NCBI GenBank assembly: GCA_963700155.1
Contig: OY969472.1
Location: forward strand, 744,690 to 808,689
DNA length: 64,000 bases
Reading direction: 5' to 3'
From: an uncultured bacterium
Lineage (GTDB): Bacteria > Patescibacteriota > Dojkabacteria > J137
Shown: positions 37,249-47,909 of the stretch, piece after piece
Position numbering within the stretch: position 1 is the first letter of the stretch
How the letters are laid out: each line of letters starts with the position of its first letter
Translations under genes and position numbers: made by a program
The notes under the pieces: model-generated
What the model saw: the letters and a program-made list of their open reading frames with translations, nothing else
What the model was told of the DNA's origin: nothing
Databases searched by the model: none

Positions 37249-38453
37249 TAATAAATCAGATTTTAGGTTTATACCTACTACTGGCTTTAGTAAGAGCTGT
37301 ATATGCCCTCTGTATTGGCTTTTTTTATTTGCATAAATATCCAAAGCCAGATGCATCATATAATCCATTCATCAGCATAGTTATTCCAGCATGGAATGAA
37401 GAGATGGGAATAAAAAAGACATTAGATTCAGTTTTAAAAAGTACATACAAAAATTATGAAATTATAGTTGTTAATGATGGTTCTTCTGATTCTACAAAAT
37501 ACATTGTAGAAAGTTATCATAAAAAATATCCCAAAAAAGTTATACTATTTAATCAGAAGAACCAAGGAAAATATACCGCTTTAAACAAAGGTATCAAAAA
37601 TTCTAAAGGAGAAATTATTGTAACTATCGATGCAGATTCTTATGTATATCCTAATGCAATTCAACTATTAGTCGAAGCTTTGAGTGATAAATCATTTGAT
37701 GCAACTGTTGGTAAAATAATTGTAGGAAGCCCTGGCTCAAAGATTGGGGTTTCTAGACCTAAAAATTTAATAGGAGTGGTTCAGTTCTTTGAGTATATGT
37801 TTGGTTATCATATAAAAAAGACCCAACATCAGAATAATTCAATCTATATTTTACCTGGAGCATTTGCTGCTATGCGGAAAAGTGTTATTGAAGAGATAGG
37901 ATACTATGAGGGATATTCTAAGACTGAAGATTTTGACTTGTCTATGAAATTAAGAATGAATGGTAGTAGAATTTCATATATAGATGATGCATTATGTGTT
38001 ACGGAAGGGGCTTCTGATTTGAAAGGGTTAATTAACCAACGAACAAGATGGAGACATGGATTTTTAGTATGCTTACTTCATAGAAAAGATTACATTTTAA
38101 GTACTAAAAAAGGTATATATTTAACTTTCGTTGATTTCCCCTTGGTATTGTGGGGATTATTAGATATTTTAATTTACCCATTATTATTTGTTGTCCTCTC
38201 AATTCAAATTATAATATCAAGAGATATTTTATTATTTTTTGTTTTTTATATAATAATCCCATATTCATATTTAATGCTTTTGGATAAAGATGTTCTTGCT
38301 CATAAAGATCTTCTAAAATATCTACCTATTTTGCCATTTTTATTTTCTATAATAAACATAGTTGAGCATATAGCCTTATTAAAAGCTTCATACAGGATAA
38401 TAAAAAGAAAAGATACTGCGTGGACTCATTGGGTCAGAGTTGGAGTTCAATGA
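37245..38453 (+). CDS. Processive family-2 glycosyltransferase (PgaC/IcaA-like polysaccharide synthase), native composition
   Basis: It has the GT2 N-terminus SIVIPAWNEE...VVNDGSSD, DxD (TIDADS), QRTRWRHG (QxxRW), and C-terminal TM helices. It is 402 aa. Confidence 0.75.
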   Translation: MIINQILGLYLLLALVRAVYALCIGFFYLHKYPKPDASYNPFISIVIPAWNEEMGIKKTLDSVLKSTYKNYEIIVVNDGSSDSTKYIVESYHKKYPKKVILFNQKNQGKYTALNKGIKNSKGEIIVTIDADSYVYPNAIQLLVEALSDKSFDATVGKIIVGSPGSKIGVSRPKNLIGVVQFFEYMFGYHIKKTQHQNNSIYILPGAFAAMRKSVIEEIGYYEGYSKTEDFDLSMKLRMNGSRISYIDDALCVTEGASDLKGLINQRTRWRHGFLVCLLHRKDYILSTKKGIYLTFVDFPLVLWGLLDILIYPLLFVVLSIQIIISRDILLFFVFYIIIPYSYLMLLDKDVLAHKDLLKYLPILPFLFSIINIVEHIALLKASYRIIKRKDTAWTHWVRVGVQ

Positions 38454-39581
38454 TTAATTTAAAGGATAGTGAGCAATACTTTTTATTTGAAAGATCCAAT
38501 TATTCTGCTGAGAATTATCTATACCATTTGGATAATGTTTCCCTTGTTGAGAAAGTAAGATATCATTCCACTCTCCTCCCATCGCTAAATTTATAATAAA
38601 GTAGAAAGGTTTTGTGAATGGCCAATCTCTGAAATTGGTAGAGGATTTATTAACTGTGTGTACAACTGTGCCATCTACCGTATATTGAATTGAGTTAGTT
38701 TTCCACTCTATTCCATAAGTATGAAATTGAGTTGATAAATTTGAAACTTTAGTTCCTTTCGAATATGGATCATTATCTGCGACTAAAGAATTAAAGGTAT
38801 GAGCATCATGATAAACATAACTTGGCTCTACACCTAAAAATTCAATAATATCTATTTCTCCATCACCTTGGTAAGATAATTCATTTTGTTTTTCTTGTTG
38901 TGTTGCAATATTATCATGAAAATATGAACCATCTGTTGGTAATAGCCAAATAGCTGGGAACGTTCCGATTCCAGATGGAAGTTTAGCAACAATTTCAAAT
39001 TTTCCATAAGTTGCGTCAAAAAATCCTTTTGTATCAACTTTTCCTGATGTTATTGTACCATCAGACTCTACTTTAGCTTGTATTGTTAACAATCCATTTT
39101 CAATTTTTACATTTCCGGTTTTGTACATTTGTTTCTCATCGTTCCAAGCAGGATCCCAATCATCATTTATTCCATTTTGGATTCTAAACATTGAACTTAC
39201 AGAAGTCCCATTTGCCATACTAGAGAAATCCAGAAAATAATCTGACTTAGATGGTGATTGTTTAGGGGTCTGTGTATTATTAGTCTGACTTCCACTATCA
39301 GTAGGATTAGTTGAATTTTTAGGGGTAGGATTCGAATCTTTAGATAGTTTTGTTTTTTCACTAATTGAGTTTAAGCCTGCAACAATACCTTCTGAACCGC
39401 TATCTAATATATTTGACTCCCCAATTTCACTATTAGTTGGAATATCAGTTGATATAGGATTATAGCTTGTAACAAGGTAATGATTAAGTCTTGTTTGACT
39501 ATATTCATTTAACAATAGAACTTCAGCAAAAAGGATTGGAATTATTAACGTCGCAAGAAGTAATATACGGCGATTTTTCAT
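38454..39581 (-). CDS. Secreted glycoside hydrolase family 16 (laminarinase/beta-glucanase-like) with Ser/Thr-rich linker
   Basis: It has the GH16 catalytic motif ExDxxE (GEIDIIEFLG), an N-terminal TM/signal, and an STN-rich linker. It is 375 aa. Confidence 0.65.
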   Translation of the reverse strand: MKNRRILLLATLIIPILFAEVLLLNEYSQTRLNHYLVTSYNPISTDIPTNSEIGESNILDSGSEGIVAGLNSISEKTKLSKDSNPTPKNSTNPTDSGSQTNNTQTPKQSPSKSDYFLDFSSMANGTSVSSMFRIQNGINDDWDPAWNDEKQMYKTGNVKIENGLLTIQAKVESDGTITSGKVDTKGFFDATYGKFEIVAKLPSGIGTFPAIWLLPTDGSYFHDNIATQQEKQNELSYQGDGEIDIIEFLGVEPSYVYHDAHTFNSLVADNDPYSKGTKVSNLSTQFHTYGIEWKTNSIQYTVDGTVVHTVNKSSTNFRDWPFTKPFYFIINLAMGGEWNDILLSQQGKHYPNGIDNSQQNNWIFQIKSIAHYPLN

Positions 39582-39671
39582 CTAAATTACTAAAAATTCT
39601 TAACATACCAGTATACTATACTTCGTTTAGCTAAATTCTTCAAGAAAGAAGCGCAGGATGATTGTGTGAAT

Positions 39672-39702
39672 AAAGGGCGGCATTCGAAGAATGCCGCCCT
39701 TT
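39672..39702 (-). terminator. GC-rich hairpin AAAGGGCGGCATTC-gaa-GAATGCCGCCCTTT downstream of the 1343-aa gene
   Basis: It is a perfect 14-bp stem flanked by A/T, and it sits 17 nt after the stop. Confidence 0.6.
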
Positions 39703-39718
39703 GAATAATCTAACTAAT

Positions 39719-42700
39719 TTATAACTGTGGCTCCAATTCTGCCAATGCTTGGCTAATTGTTACAACAGGAATGCCACTATCTCTCATTGCATTAAGGTGA
39801 TCTGTGAATAATGTTGGTGTTGTATCATAAGGATCAGGATCAGTAGCTACTCTATGATATACCAATATTAACCACGTTCCTTCTCTTTGTGCTTGTGCAA
39901 TCCAACTTGCAACTTCTTCTCCTGTGGTATTATCCAAAATATTCTGAACTTTCAATCTACTTACATCAAAATTATCTTTACTATTAAACCCAGCATCAAC
40001 AGTTCTATGAACTGTGTAGTGCTGCATAATCTGATCTTTTACTGCTTGATTATATGCCCCAAAAGGTGTTGCAAAATAGTTTATAGGGCCATTAAGGAAG
40101 CTTCTAAGATAAGTTTGTGAATCAACAAGTTCTGTTTCAACTTCAGCCGGAGTTAATGTTCTCAAATCCGGATGAGTTATTGAATGAGATCCTATCTCAT
40201 AACCATCATCTTCGAATGACTTAATAATATCTTTAGCTTCCTGCTCTGTATAATCAGGGTTGCTCTGAATAAAGGTCGTTGCTTCGAATAAATCAGCTTT
40301 GAATCCATAAGAATCCATCATTGGTATTGCAGTATCTACATTATCTTCCCAGCTATCATCAAAGGTTAACGTTAATAATGCCCTGTTAAATGGTACTGGA
40401 GTGTATGGTGTAATATCATAATTATCTGTTGTTAATGTACCATTTTGAGAAAGCAGATGATAAATTACAACTGATACTGCATTAGCTGGCATTGTGAACG
40501 ATTCAGCGTAATGTGCCCAATCTGCAGCAGGTGGAGCTTCTGGAAGTTCCTGATAAAAGATTGAGTTGTCTTGCATATTCATTTCTAAAACTATTCTGCT
40601 GTCAACATCTGATTTGTAATAATCAGTAACAAGGTAATCTTCTCCAGGAGTTAATACTACTGGGTCATGAATCCATTTAGCATCTCCATCAACGTAGTTA
40701 GATACTGTAAGTCTCACACTGTGAGTTCCACTCTGTCCTTGATTCTTTAAGTATTCAAACTGTGCACTATTATTTCCCCAGGAGCTTGGTGCCCATGATA
40801 AAGGTCTTTTGCTTGTAGCTTCTGTTTCAAGGTCACCGTTTGGAACTGTTGAGCTTCCAGTTGGTGGTGCTATTTCAAATAAGTCATAGTTGTCTGTCCA
40901 AAGTTCTCCATTTTGTCCTATAAACTGAAGAACTGTTACATTGTTTACATCTGAAGGAACTAAAAATGCATATTCTGATTTTATCCAGTCAGAACTAGCT
41001 GGATTAGTTCCCATCCATTGATAAGTAATCGAGCCGTCAGTATGTCCTAATTGAACTGTAGTGTCTGTTGGTACTGTTGATTTATAGTAGTTAGAGTAAG
41101 AGTAATATGAACCTGATTTTACAGTTACTGGATCGAAGAACCATTTCGCATCTCCACTTACATAATTAGTCATATTTATGTAAATACTTCTGGTTCCATC
41201 CTGACCTTCGTTTAAATACTGAAAATCTGGTGTATTGTTTCCATAAGAACTTGACTGCCAGAATGCAGGAACATTTCCATTTGGTGTCTCTACCGAAGGA
41301 TTAGGAACAATATTATCTCCAGTATCTGGTGGTGTCACTGTTTTATGTAAAATTGAGTAATCGTCAGTCCAAAGGTCTCCTACTCCATTAAGAATGTGTA
41401 ATACAGTAACTTTCGATACATTTTCTGGTACTATGTAGTCAAAATTTGATTCTATCCAATCAGCACTCGGTGAAAGCGAGTCAATTTCAATAAATTGATT
41501 GGAGTTATCAGTCATTAAATATTGCAAGTATATTAATGTACTTGTATTTGACTTGTAATAATTACTAAAACTATAAGTCTCGCCAGGAGTTACACTAACC
41601 GCATCATGTAACCATTTTGCATCTCCATCTGTATAACTTGACATAGATATATGCAGACTCTTATTACCCGAGTGTGCATCATTTGAGTAATCAAAAATAG
41701 CTGAATTTGTACCCCAGCTACTGGATGTCCAATGAGCAGGTGAAATTCCATTCTGGTTTTCTACTGAAGGATTTAATATTTGATTATCTTCTGGTCCTGG
41801 AGGTGGTTCAGGTGTGATATGCAATAGTGAATAATCATCGGTCCATAAATCACCTAATCCTGGCAATATATGCAAAGCTCTAATTGTAGAAGCATTGTTT
41901 ATTGCTGTAAAATCATAGCTTGTCATTGTCCAGTCTGTACTAGGTGTAAGCATTCCAAGAGAAGTATATTGATAGCTCCCGTCATTCATATGAAACTCGA
42001 TATATACATAGGTATTGGTTGTTGCTCTATAGTAATCACTAAATCTATATGTTTCTCCTGGTGTTACAGGTGCTGGTGAGTGATACCATTTCGCATCTCC
42101 ATCAGTGTAACTTGTCATAGAAACATGAAGACTTTTACTTCCTGTATGCGGTGAATTTGAGTATTCAAATACTGGAGTATTTGTACCCCATGTATTAGTT
42201 TGCCAATCAATAGGATTCCCACTTGAATCTTGTGCTTCTGCTGAAGGATTCAAAATCTGATTTTCATCTGGAGCTGGTGCTGCAATATGTAATATAGAAT
42301 AATCATCTGTCCAAAGATCACCTACACCGGCTAATATATGTAAGACTCGAACAGTTGAAACATTTTCTGGAACTAAGAAATTAAAGTTAGTCTGGCTCCA
42401 ATCAGCACTAGCCTGAGGGTTACTCAGGTATACATATTGGAATGATCCATCGTTCATTGCATATTCTAAAAATAAAAGAGTCTCTCTAGATGCTTTATAA
42501 AAGTCATTAAATTTATAAATTTGACCAGGTGTAACATTTACAGGTTGGTGCATCCATTTCGCATCTCCATCAGTATAACTTGAGATTGAAACGTGTATAC
42601 TTTTAGTGCCTGTGTGAGCATCGTTAGAGTAGTCAAAAGAATGAGTATTTGTTCCCCAAGTATTAGTCTGCCAATTTGCAGGATTAATTCCATTTGGAAC

Positions 42701-43750
42701 CTCCACAGAAGGGTTTAATACTTGATTTTCATCAGCAGTTGGTAATGTAACATGCAAAATTGAAAAATCATCAGTCCATAAATCTCCTACTCCATTTAAT
42801 ATATGTAATATAGTAACCTGATTAACATTATTAGGGACTGTAAAGTTATAGTTTACTTCTAACCAATCTGGATTTGCTGGTAGTGATTCAAGATATACAT
42901 ATTGGTGTGAGTTGTCATTTAACTGGTAATCTAAAAACAAAATTGTACTAGTTGTTGACTTATAAAAATCACTAAAATTATAAGTCTCACCTGGTGTAAC
43001 ATTAACTGGATCGTGATACCATTTTCCATCTCCATCAGTATAGCTTGTAGTTGAGACATGAAGACTTTTACTTCCAGTATGAGCATCATTTGAATACTCA
43101 AAAGTTGTACTATTGTTTCCCCAGTTACTTGTATGCCAGAATGCTGGATTTGTACCATTAGAAGTTTCTACCGATGGATTTAAAATTTGATTATCATTTG
43201 GACCAGGCAAAGTGGCTTGTACAATAGAGTAATCATCAGTCCAAAGATCCCCTACCCCAGCAATTAAATGCATCATAGTTACCTGTGTAGTATTTGAAGG
43301 TGCTGTAAAATTATAATTAGTACTTACCCAATCTGCACTTGCAGGTATATTAGCAATGAACTGGTACTGTTTTTCTCCATTAACAAGATAATATAAGTAC
43401 AATATAGTGTCAGTACTAGATTTGTAAAAATCAGAAAAAGTATATGTTTCACCTGGTGTAACAGTTACAAAATCATGTAACCATTCAGAATCACCACTTG
43501 TATAACTTGTTGTTGAAACATGTAAGCTTTTACTGCCAGTATGAGCATCATTAGAATACTCAAATGTTGAGGTATTTGTTCCCCAAGTATAGGTCTGCCA
43601 ATTTACTGGATCTCCGTTAACATCTTGAGTTTCAGCGGATGGGTTTTGAACAAGATTTTCACCTGCTGCATTAACTTTAATAGAGTTAGTCGAAGAAAAT
43701 AAAAGGAGAGTGAACGCTGCAACGATCAAAGTAAGTATTAATCGCTTCAT
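39719..43750 (-). CDS. Giant secreted protein: seven repeated CBM4/9/22-like beta-sandwich modules fused to a C-terminal CE4 (NodB) polysaccharide deacetylase domain
   Basis: It has a signal peptide and ~150-aa repeats of the form NPSVE..NG.NPA.W.T..WGTN...F.YSNDAHTG.KSLHVS.TSYTDGDAKW.HDPVNVTPGETY.F.DFYKS. The CE4 motifs are TFDDS, GSHSITHPDL and ATPFG. It is 1343 aa. Confidence 0.7.
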   Translation of the reverse strand: MKRLILTLIVAAFTLLLFSSTNSIKVNAAGENLVQNPSAETQDVNGDPVNWQTYTWGTNTSTFEYSNDAHTGSKSLHVSTTSYTSGDSEWLHDFVTVTPGETYTFSDFYKSSTDTILYLYYLVNGEKQYQFIANIPASADWVSTNYNFTAPSNTTQVTMMHLIAGVGDLWTDDYSIVQATLPGPNDNQILNPSVETSNGTNPAFWHTSNWGNNSTTFEYSNDAHTGSKSLHVSTTSYTDGDGKWYHDPVNVTPGETYNFSDFYKSTTSTILFLDYQLNDNSHQYVYLESLPANPDWLEVNYNFTVPNNVNQVTILHILNGVGDLWTDDFSILHVTLPTADENQVLNPSVEVPNGINPANWQTNTWGTNTHSFDYSNDAHTGTKSIHVSISSYTDGDAKWMHQPVNVTPGQIYKFNDFYKASRETLLFLEYAMNDGSFQYVYLSNPQASADWSQTNFNFLVPENVSTVRVLHILAGVGDLWTDDYSILHIAAPAPDENQILNPSAEAQDSSGNPIDWQTNTWGTNTPVFEYSNSPHTGSKSLHVSMTSYTDGDAKWYHSPAPVTPGETYRFSDYYRATTNTYVYIEFHMNDGSYQYTSLGMLTPSTDWTMTSYDFTAINNASTIRALHILPGLGDLWTDDYSLLHITPEPPPGPEDNQILNPSVENQNGISPAHWTSSSWGTNSAIFDYSNDAHSGNKSLHISMSSYTDGDAKWLHDAVSVTPGETYSFSNYYKSNTSTLIYLQYLMTDNSNQFIEIDSLSPSADWIESNFDYIVPENVSKVTVLHILNGVGDLWTDDYSILHKTVTPPDTGDNIVPNPSVETPNGNVPAFWQSSSYGNNTPDFQYLNEGQDGTRSIYINMTNYVSGDAKWFFDPVTVKSGSYYSYSNYYKSTVPTDTTVQLGHTDGSITYQWMGTNPASSDWIKSEYAFLVPSDVNNVTVLQFIGQNGELWTDNYDLFEIAPPTGSSTVPNGDLETEATSKRPLSWAPSSWGNNSAQFEYLKNQGQSGTHSVRLTVSNYVDGDAKWIHDPVVLTPGEDYLVTDYYKSDVDSRIVLEMNMQDNSIFYQELPEAPPAADWAHYAESFTMPANAVSVVIYHLLSQNGTLTTDNYDITPYTPVPFNRALLTLTFDDSWEDNVDTAIPMMDSYGFKADLFEATTFIQSNPDYTEQEAKDIIKSFEDDGYEIGSHSITHPDLRTLTPAEVETELVDSQTYLRSFLNGPINYFATPFGAYNQAVKDQIMQHYTVHRTVDAGFNSKDNFDVSRLKVQNILDNTTGEEVASWIAQAQREGTWLILVYHRVATDPDPYDTTPTLFTDHLNAMRDSGIPVVTISQALAELEPQL

Positions 43751-43897
43751 AAATATATGAGATTAATATTTTAAATATTTATTTCAGTATATCATTAATA
43801 TTTAGACATTGTTACATTTATATTGTAAATATAGGGCATTGGAGGCCTAAAAGTTCCTTCAGATTTAGGGATTTTGTATTTTAGAAAATTTAAATAA

Positions 43898-43930
43898 AAA
43901 AAGCGGCGACTTTTCAAGTCGCCGCTTTAA
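43898..43930 (-). terminator. Rho-independent terminator AAAGCGGCGAC..GTCGCCGCTTT followed by T7 run on minus strand
   Basis: It is a perfect 11-bp GC-rich stem followed by TTTTTTTATTT, and it sits 17 nt after the stop of the 904-aa gene. Confidence 0.7.
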
Positions 43931-43946
43931 AAAACTTTCATAAGTT

Positions 43947-46661
43947 TTAAAGTTGAGGTTCTAACTCTGCTAAAGCTTGGCTAATTGTTACAACTTTAAT
44001 CCCACTATTATTTACAGCTGCCATTTGGTCTGCAAATTCAACTGGTGTTGTATCATAAGTTCCAGGATCAGTAGCTACTCTATGATAAACTAGTATTAAC
44101 CATGTGCCTTCTTGTTGAGCCTGGTTAATCCAGGCTGTTATATCTTCAGCCGTAGTATCACTAAATACGTTCTGAACTTTTAATTGACTTACATCAAAAT
44201 TATCTTTGCTATTAAATCCTACATTTACCGTTCTATGAACTGTATAAGTATGCATTATCTGATCTAATACTGATTGATTATATGATCCATATGGTGTTGC
44301 AAAATAATTTACTGATGTTCCAAGAATACTTTCAAGATAACTTTGAGAATCTACAAGTTCTGTTGTGACTTGTGCAGGTGTAAGTGTGGTTAAATCAGCA
44401 TGATCAACTGTGTGAGATCCAATTTCTTGCCCATCTGCAGCCATGTTCTGAACTCTTGTTACAGCATCAGGAAGATCTGAGTTTTGAATATTTGAAGTTA
44501 TAAAGAACCAGTTGCCTTTATATCCATATTGATCTAATACTGGAAATGCTGTGTCATAATTATCAAGCCATCCATCATCATCAAATGTTAAAGTTACTAA
44601 AGGTTCATTGAATGGCGTTGGAACATATTCTTCAACTTTATAATTATCAGTGATTAAGAATCCTGAACTTTGAAGAATATGAAGAATATTGATACTCATA
44701 GCATTTGCAGGCATTGTAAAAGTTCCAGTGAAAAGTACCCAATCTGTGCTTGGCGCTGCATTTCCTATATCAATGTAATTTACACTCCCATCTTGCATAT
44801 TTACAGCGATAGTAACTTTAGTTTCAACATCTGATTGGTAGTAATCCGAGATTTTATAGCTTACTCCTGGGGTCAAATTTATTGAGTCGTTAAACCATTT
44901 AGCGTCTCCATCGGTGTAGTTAGTAATTGTTGTTTTAACGCTATGAGTTCCATCATATCCTGTATTCAAATATTGAAATTTTGCATTGTTTGTTCCCCAA
45001 GAATTTGTATTCCAGAATTGTGGTTGATTTGGATTTGATGCTAATGTGTCTTCTAATGAAGCATTTGGTAAAAGTGACCCATCAGGTAGAATTTCTTTCA
45101 GGCTGTAATTATCAGTCCAAAGCTCTCCATTTTGTGCCATAACATGGAAAACAGTTAATTTTGTAGCACCTACAGGAGGCAAGAAACTATATTCAGATTT
45201 TGCCCAGTTTGCATTAATTGGATTTGTTCCTAACCAAAGGTAAGATAAAGAACCGTCTCCCATTTGAAATTGAACTACAGTTTCGCTTGGTGCAGTTGAT
45301 TTATAATAGTCAGAGAATAAATAATGTGAGTCATCTGAGATTGAAACAGGATCAAAATACCATTTAGCATCTCCATCAGTATAGTTAGTAACATTTACAT
45401 AAACGCTTTTTGATCCTTCTTGACCTTCGTTTAGATATTGAAATTGTGCTTTATTTGTTCCCCAAGAATTTGACTGCCAGAAAGCAGGGTCACTTCCATT
45501 TGGAGTTTCAACTGATGGATTAGCAACAGCATTTTCTCCAGGATCTGGAATAGGTGGCGGTTCTGGCGTTGTTACGAGTATGATTGAATAATCATCAGTC
45601 CAAAGATCTCCAACGCCAGCAATTAAATGGAATACAGTTACTTGTTTAGCATTTGTTGGTGCAGTAAAGTTATAATCTACTTGAGCCCAATCCGCACTTG
45701 ATCCTGGGCCTCCTAAATAAACATATTGATTAGAACCATCATTCATTAAGTACTGTAAAACTACCTCTGTATTTTCAGTTGATTTATAGTAATCAGTAAA
45801 ATTATATGTTTCGCCTGGAGTAACATTTACAGGATCGTGATACCATTTGGCATCCCCATCTGTATAACTAGTAGTTGTAACATGAACGCTTTTATTGCCT
45901 GTATGTGCTGAATTTGAATATTCAAATGTTGAAGTATTCGTCCCCCAAGCATTATTTTGCCAGTACGCTGGATTCCCATTAGAATCTGGGGTTTCTACTG
46001 ACGGATTTAAAATTTGATTTTCATCAACTGCTGGCGGAGTAACTGGTGGATCTACTACAGGCGGATCTACTACAGGTGGATCTACCACTGGTGGATCTAC
46101 TACAGGTGGTTCGGTAGGTGTTGTTGATGTAGTTTCAGTAAGTGAAAAGTTATCAGTCCAAAGCTGTCCAACTGAAGAGATTACATGAAAAATTGTTACT
46201 TGTGTAGAATTATCTGGAACTGTGAAGTTTGCAGTTATATTAGTCCAAGCTGAATTTGCTCCAACTGATGTTAAATATTCATATTGATATGAATTTGATC
46301 CAACTGTATATTGAGCAATAATGTCTGTACCTACATTTGATTTATATGAATCACTGAATTCATATGTTGTCCCTGCAGTTACATTTACTGGATCTGGATA
46401 CCATTTTGCATCTCCGTTTCCTTGTGCAGTAACTGTTACTCCTAATGCTTTTCCAATACTTCCATCTGTAGTAGAATAAGTGAAATCCGCAACTGTCCCT
46501 CCCCAAGACCCTGTATTAAAGTTTGCAGGTTGAGTATCCCCGGTTTCAACATCGGGATTAGGAATTAAGTTGTCTGCAGCACTTACTTTTAATGGACCTG
46601 ATAAAGTAAATAATATAATGCTTGAAGCTAATGAGACTAACAGAAGGTTTAATCGTTTCAT
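43947..46661 (-). CDS. Giant secreted paralog: CBM-like repeat modules, Pro-rich PPVVD linker, C-terminal CE4 (NodB) deacetylase
   Basis: It has a signal peptide, a (PPVVD)x4 linker, and the same repeat consensus as the 39719 gene. The CE4 motifs are TFDDD, GSHTVDHADL and ATPYG. It is 904 aa. Confidence 0.7.
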   Translation of the reverse strand: MKRLNLLLVSLASSIILFTLSGPLKVSAADNLIPNPDVETGDTQPANFNTGSWGGTVADFTYSTTDGSIGKALGVTVTAQGNGDAKWYPDPVNVTAGTTYEFSDSYKSNVGTDIIAQYTVGSNSYQYEYLTSVGANSAWTNITANFTVPDNSTQVTIFHVISSVGQLWTDNFSLTETTSTTPTEPPVVDPPVVDPPVVDPPVVDPPVTPPAVDENQILNPSVETPDSNGNPAYWQNNAWGTNTSTFEYSNSAHTGNKSVHVTTTSYTDGDAKWYHDPVNVTPGETYNFTDYYKSTENTEVVLQYLMNDGSNQYVYLGGPGSSADWAQVDYNFTAPTNAKQVTVFHLIAGVGDLWTDDYSIILVTTPEPPPIPDPGENAVANPSVETPNGSDPAFWQSNSWGTNKAQFQYLNEGQEGSKSVYVNVTNYTDGDAKWYFDPVSISDDSHYLFSDYYKSTAPSETVVQFQMGDGSLSYLWLGTNPINANWAKSEYSFLPPVGATKLTVFHVMAQNGELWTDNYSLKEILPDGSLLPNASLEDTLASNPNQPQFWNTNSWGTNNAKFQYLNTGYDGTHSVKTTITNYTDGDAKWFNDSINLTPGVSYKISDYYQSDVETKVTIAVNMQDGSVNYIDIGNAAPSTDWVLFTGTFTMPANAMSINILHILQSSGFLITDNYKVEEYVPTPFNEPLVTLTFDDDGWLDNYDTAFPVLDQYGYKGNWFFITSNIQNSDLPDAVTRVQNMAADGQEIGSHTVDHADLTTLTPAQVTTELVDSQSYLESILGTSVNYFATPYGSYNQSVLDQIMHTYTVHRTVNVGFNSKDNFDVSQLKVQNVFSDTTAEDITAWINQAQQEGTWLILVYHRVATDPGTYDTTPVEFADQMAAVNNSGIKVVTISQALAELEPQL

Positions 46662-46831
46662 AGGGTTATATAATATTAATAGTTATCTATTAATACCAGT
46701 ATATCATTAATGTTTACTAATTGTGAAGAATTTTATTTTTTATTTCCTGTATCGAATTAACTACTAATAAGATTTTAGTTTGAATAAACATAGATCTTTT
46801 ATTTCACAAACATTTTGTTAAGATAGACAAC

Positions 46832-46862
46832 AGAGGTGCAGGGAATTCTTCCCTGCACCTCT
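46832..46862 (-). terminator. Perfect 14-bp GC-rich hairpin AGAGGTGCAGGGAA-ttc-TTCCCTGCACCTCT downstream of the GC-elevated membrane-protein gene
   Basis: I read this directly. It contains a GAATTC site, and no T-tract follows. Confidence 0.4.
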
Positions 46863-46922
46863 TAGAAAACTGAAAAAGCAAAATTCTTATTGTACTGGTT
46901 AGGGCTTTTATTCTCGGAGTTC

Positions 46923-47909
46923 TTATGTTGGCTTAGGATCTAGCTTTAGTGCAAGTGCAACTATGATACTTCCGTATAACCAGAGCCAGTTTTGAGGCTC
47001 AAGAAGAAAAGGAAGTATTGGGGAGAAAGCACTAGCTTTTGCTAGAAAAGTGTTAGGGAACCAAAGATCGGGTATTAATCCGAAAAATATAGAGAAGCAG
47101 ATTCCCCAAATTGCCCCCCATTTGATTACCTTCCACCACTCTTTTGTTACAAGGATAACTAGTGGTAGAACGAAAATTACACTCGGTTTCATCACTGCTA
47201 GTACACCTAGTAAAGCAGCTAACGTAAAATGTCTACGTTTTGCTGCAATTAGATATCCAGCAACGAGGGCAAAAATCAGCGGTGTCGGCTGCCCAAGCCA
47301 GAATGCTGCTGAGAGTGAATTCCCATGAATTCCAGTCCCAATATCTTCCACAAGCATCCATTGAAACCGAAAATTTGGTTGATCCCAGGGATAACCTCCG
47401 ATTATAGGCAAGATAATCCCAAAGGTTAAAATCACGGCGGCCCAGGTATGTTTGTGGTTGACATTTAATGCAAGCACTAGAGCAATAAAAAGCATTGCCC
47501 CCATATTGATTATACCTGAAACCTCGAACGCATCCTTGAATTCCATAGCTCCCAACGGTGCCATTAGGAGAGCGTGCCATGGTGTATGACCGTAGAAATA
47601 AGTCCCCCAGCCTCCATCATTTTGGATGTATTCACTCCAGAGTTCTGATAAATTTTGTTTTGTTTCAGGAGGTCCAATATAACGATAGACCTCCTCCCAT
47701 TCTCCAGCTCCGGCAAGTTTTCCGGCTTGCCAGAACATTGCAAAATCCGAATCCCAAGGGGGTTTAGGCTGGTTTAACCGATCGAACAAGATCTTGTTCG
47801 CAGTAAATAGAAAAAATAACACTGCGAAGAATAAAACAAGCCAGCGTACGGCTTCCTTTGTTTCTGTCCATATTGAAGCGATCAGTCTGCTAGCTTCTAT
47901 GTTTGCCAT
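46923..47909 (-). CDS. Polytopic integral membrane protein (328 aa), GC-elevated; possibly a GT-C/DUF2029-like glycosyltransferase
   Basis: It has about 8-9 TM helices and a Trp-rich sequence. Local GC is about 45%. The family assignment is speculative. Confidence 0.4.
   Translation of the reverse strand: MANIEASRLIASIWTETKEAVRWLVLFFAVLFFLFTANKILFDRLNQPKPPWDSDFAMFWQAGKLAGAGEWEEVYRYIGPPETKQNLSELWSEYIQNDGGWGTYFYGHTPWHALLMAPLGAMEFKDAFEVSGIINMGAMLFIALVLALNVNHKHTWAAVILTFGIILPIIGGYPWDQPNFRFQWMLVEDIGTGIHGNSLSAAFWLGQPTPLIFALVAGYLIAAKRRHFTLAALLGVLAVMKPSVIFVLPLVILVTKEWWKVIKWGAIWGICFSIFFGLIPDLWFPNTFLAKASAFSPILPFLLEPQNWLWLYGSIIVALALKLDPKPT

Noticed and set aside
39887-43158. Plus/minus small ORFs 39887-40120, 41870-42079 and 42931-43158 inside the 1343-aa gene
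   Set aside because: They are nested or antisense inside a much longer, strongly supported CDS with repeat structure.
47050-47767. ORFs 47050-47328 (+), 47233-47580 (-) and 47558-47767 (+)
   Set aside because: They overlap or lie antisense to the 328-aa membrane-protein gene in GC-elevated DNA, and are spurious.
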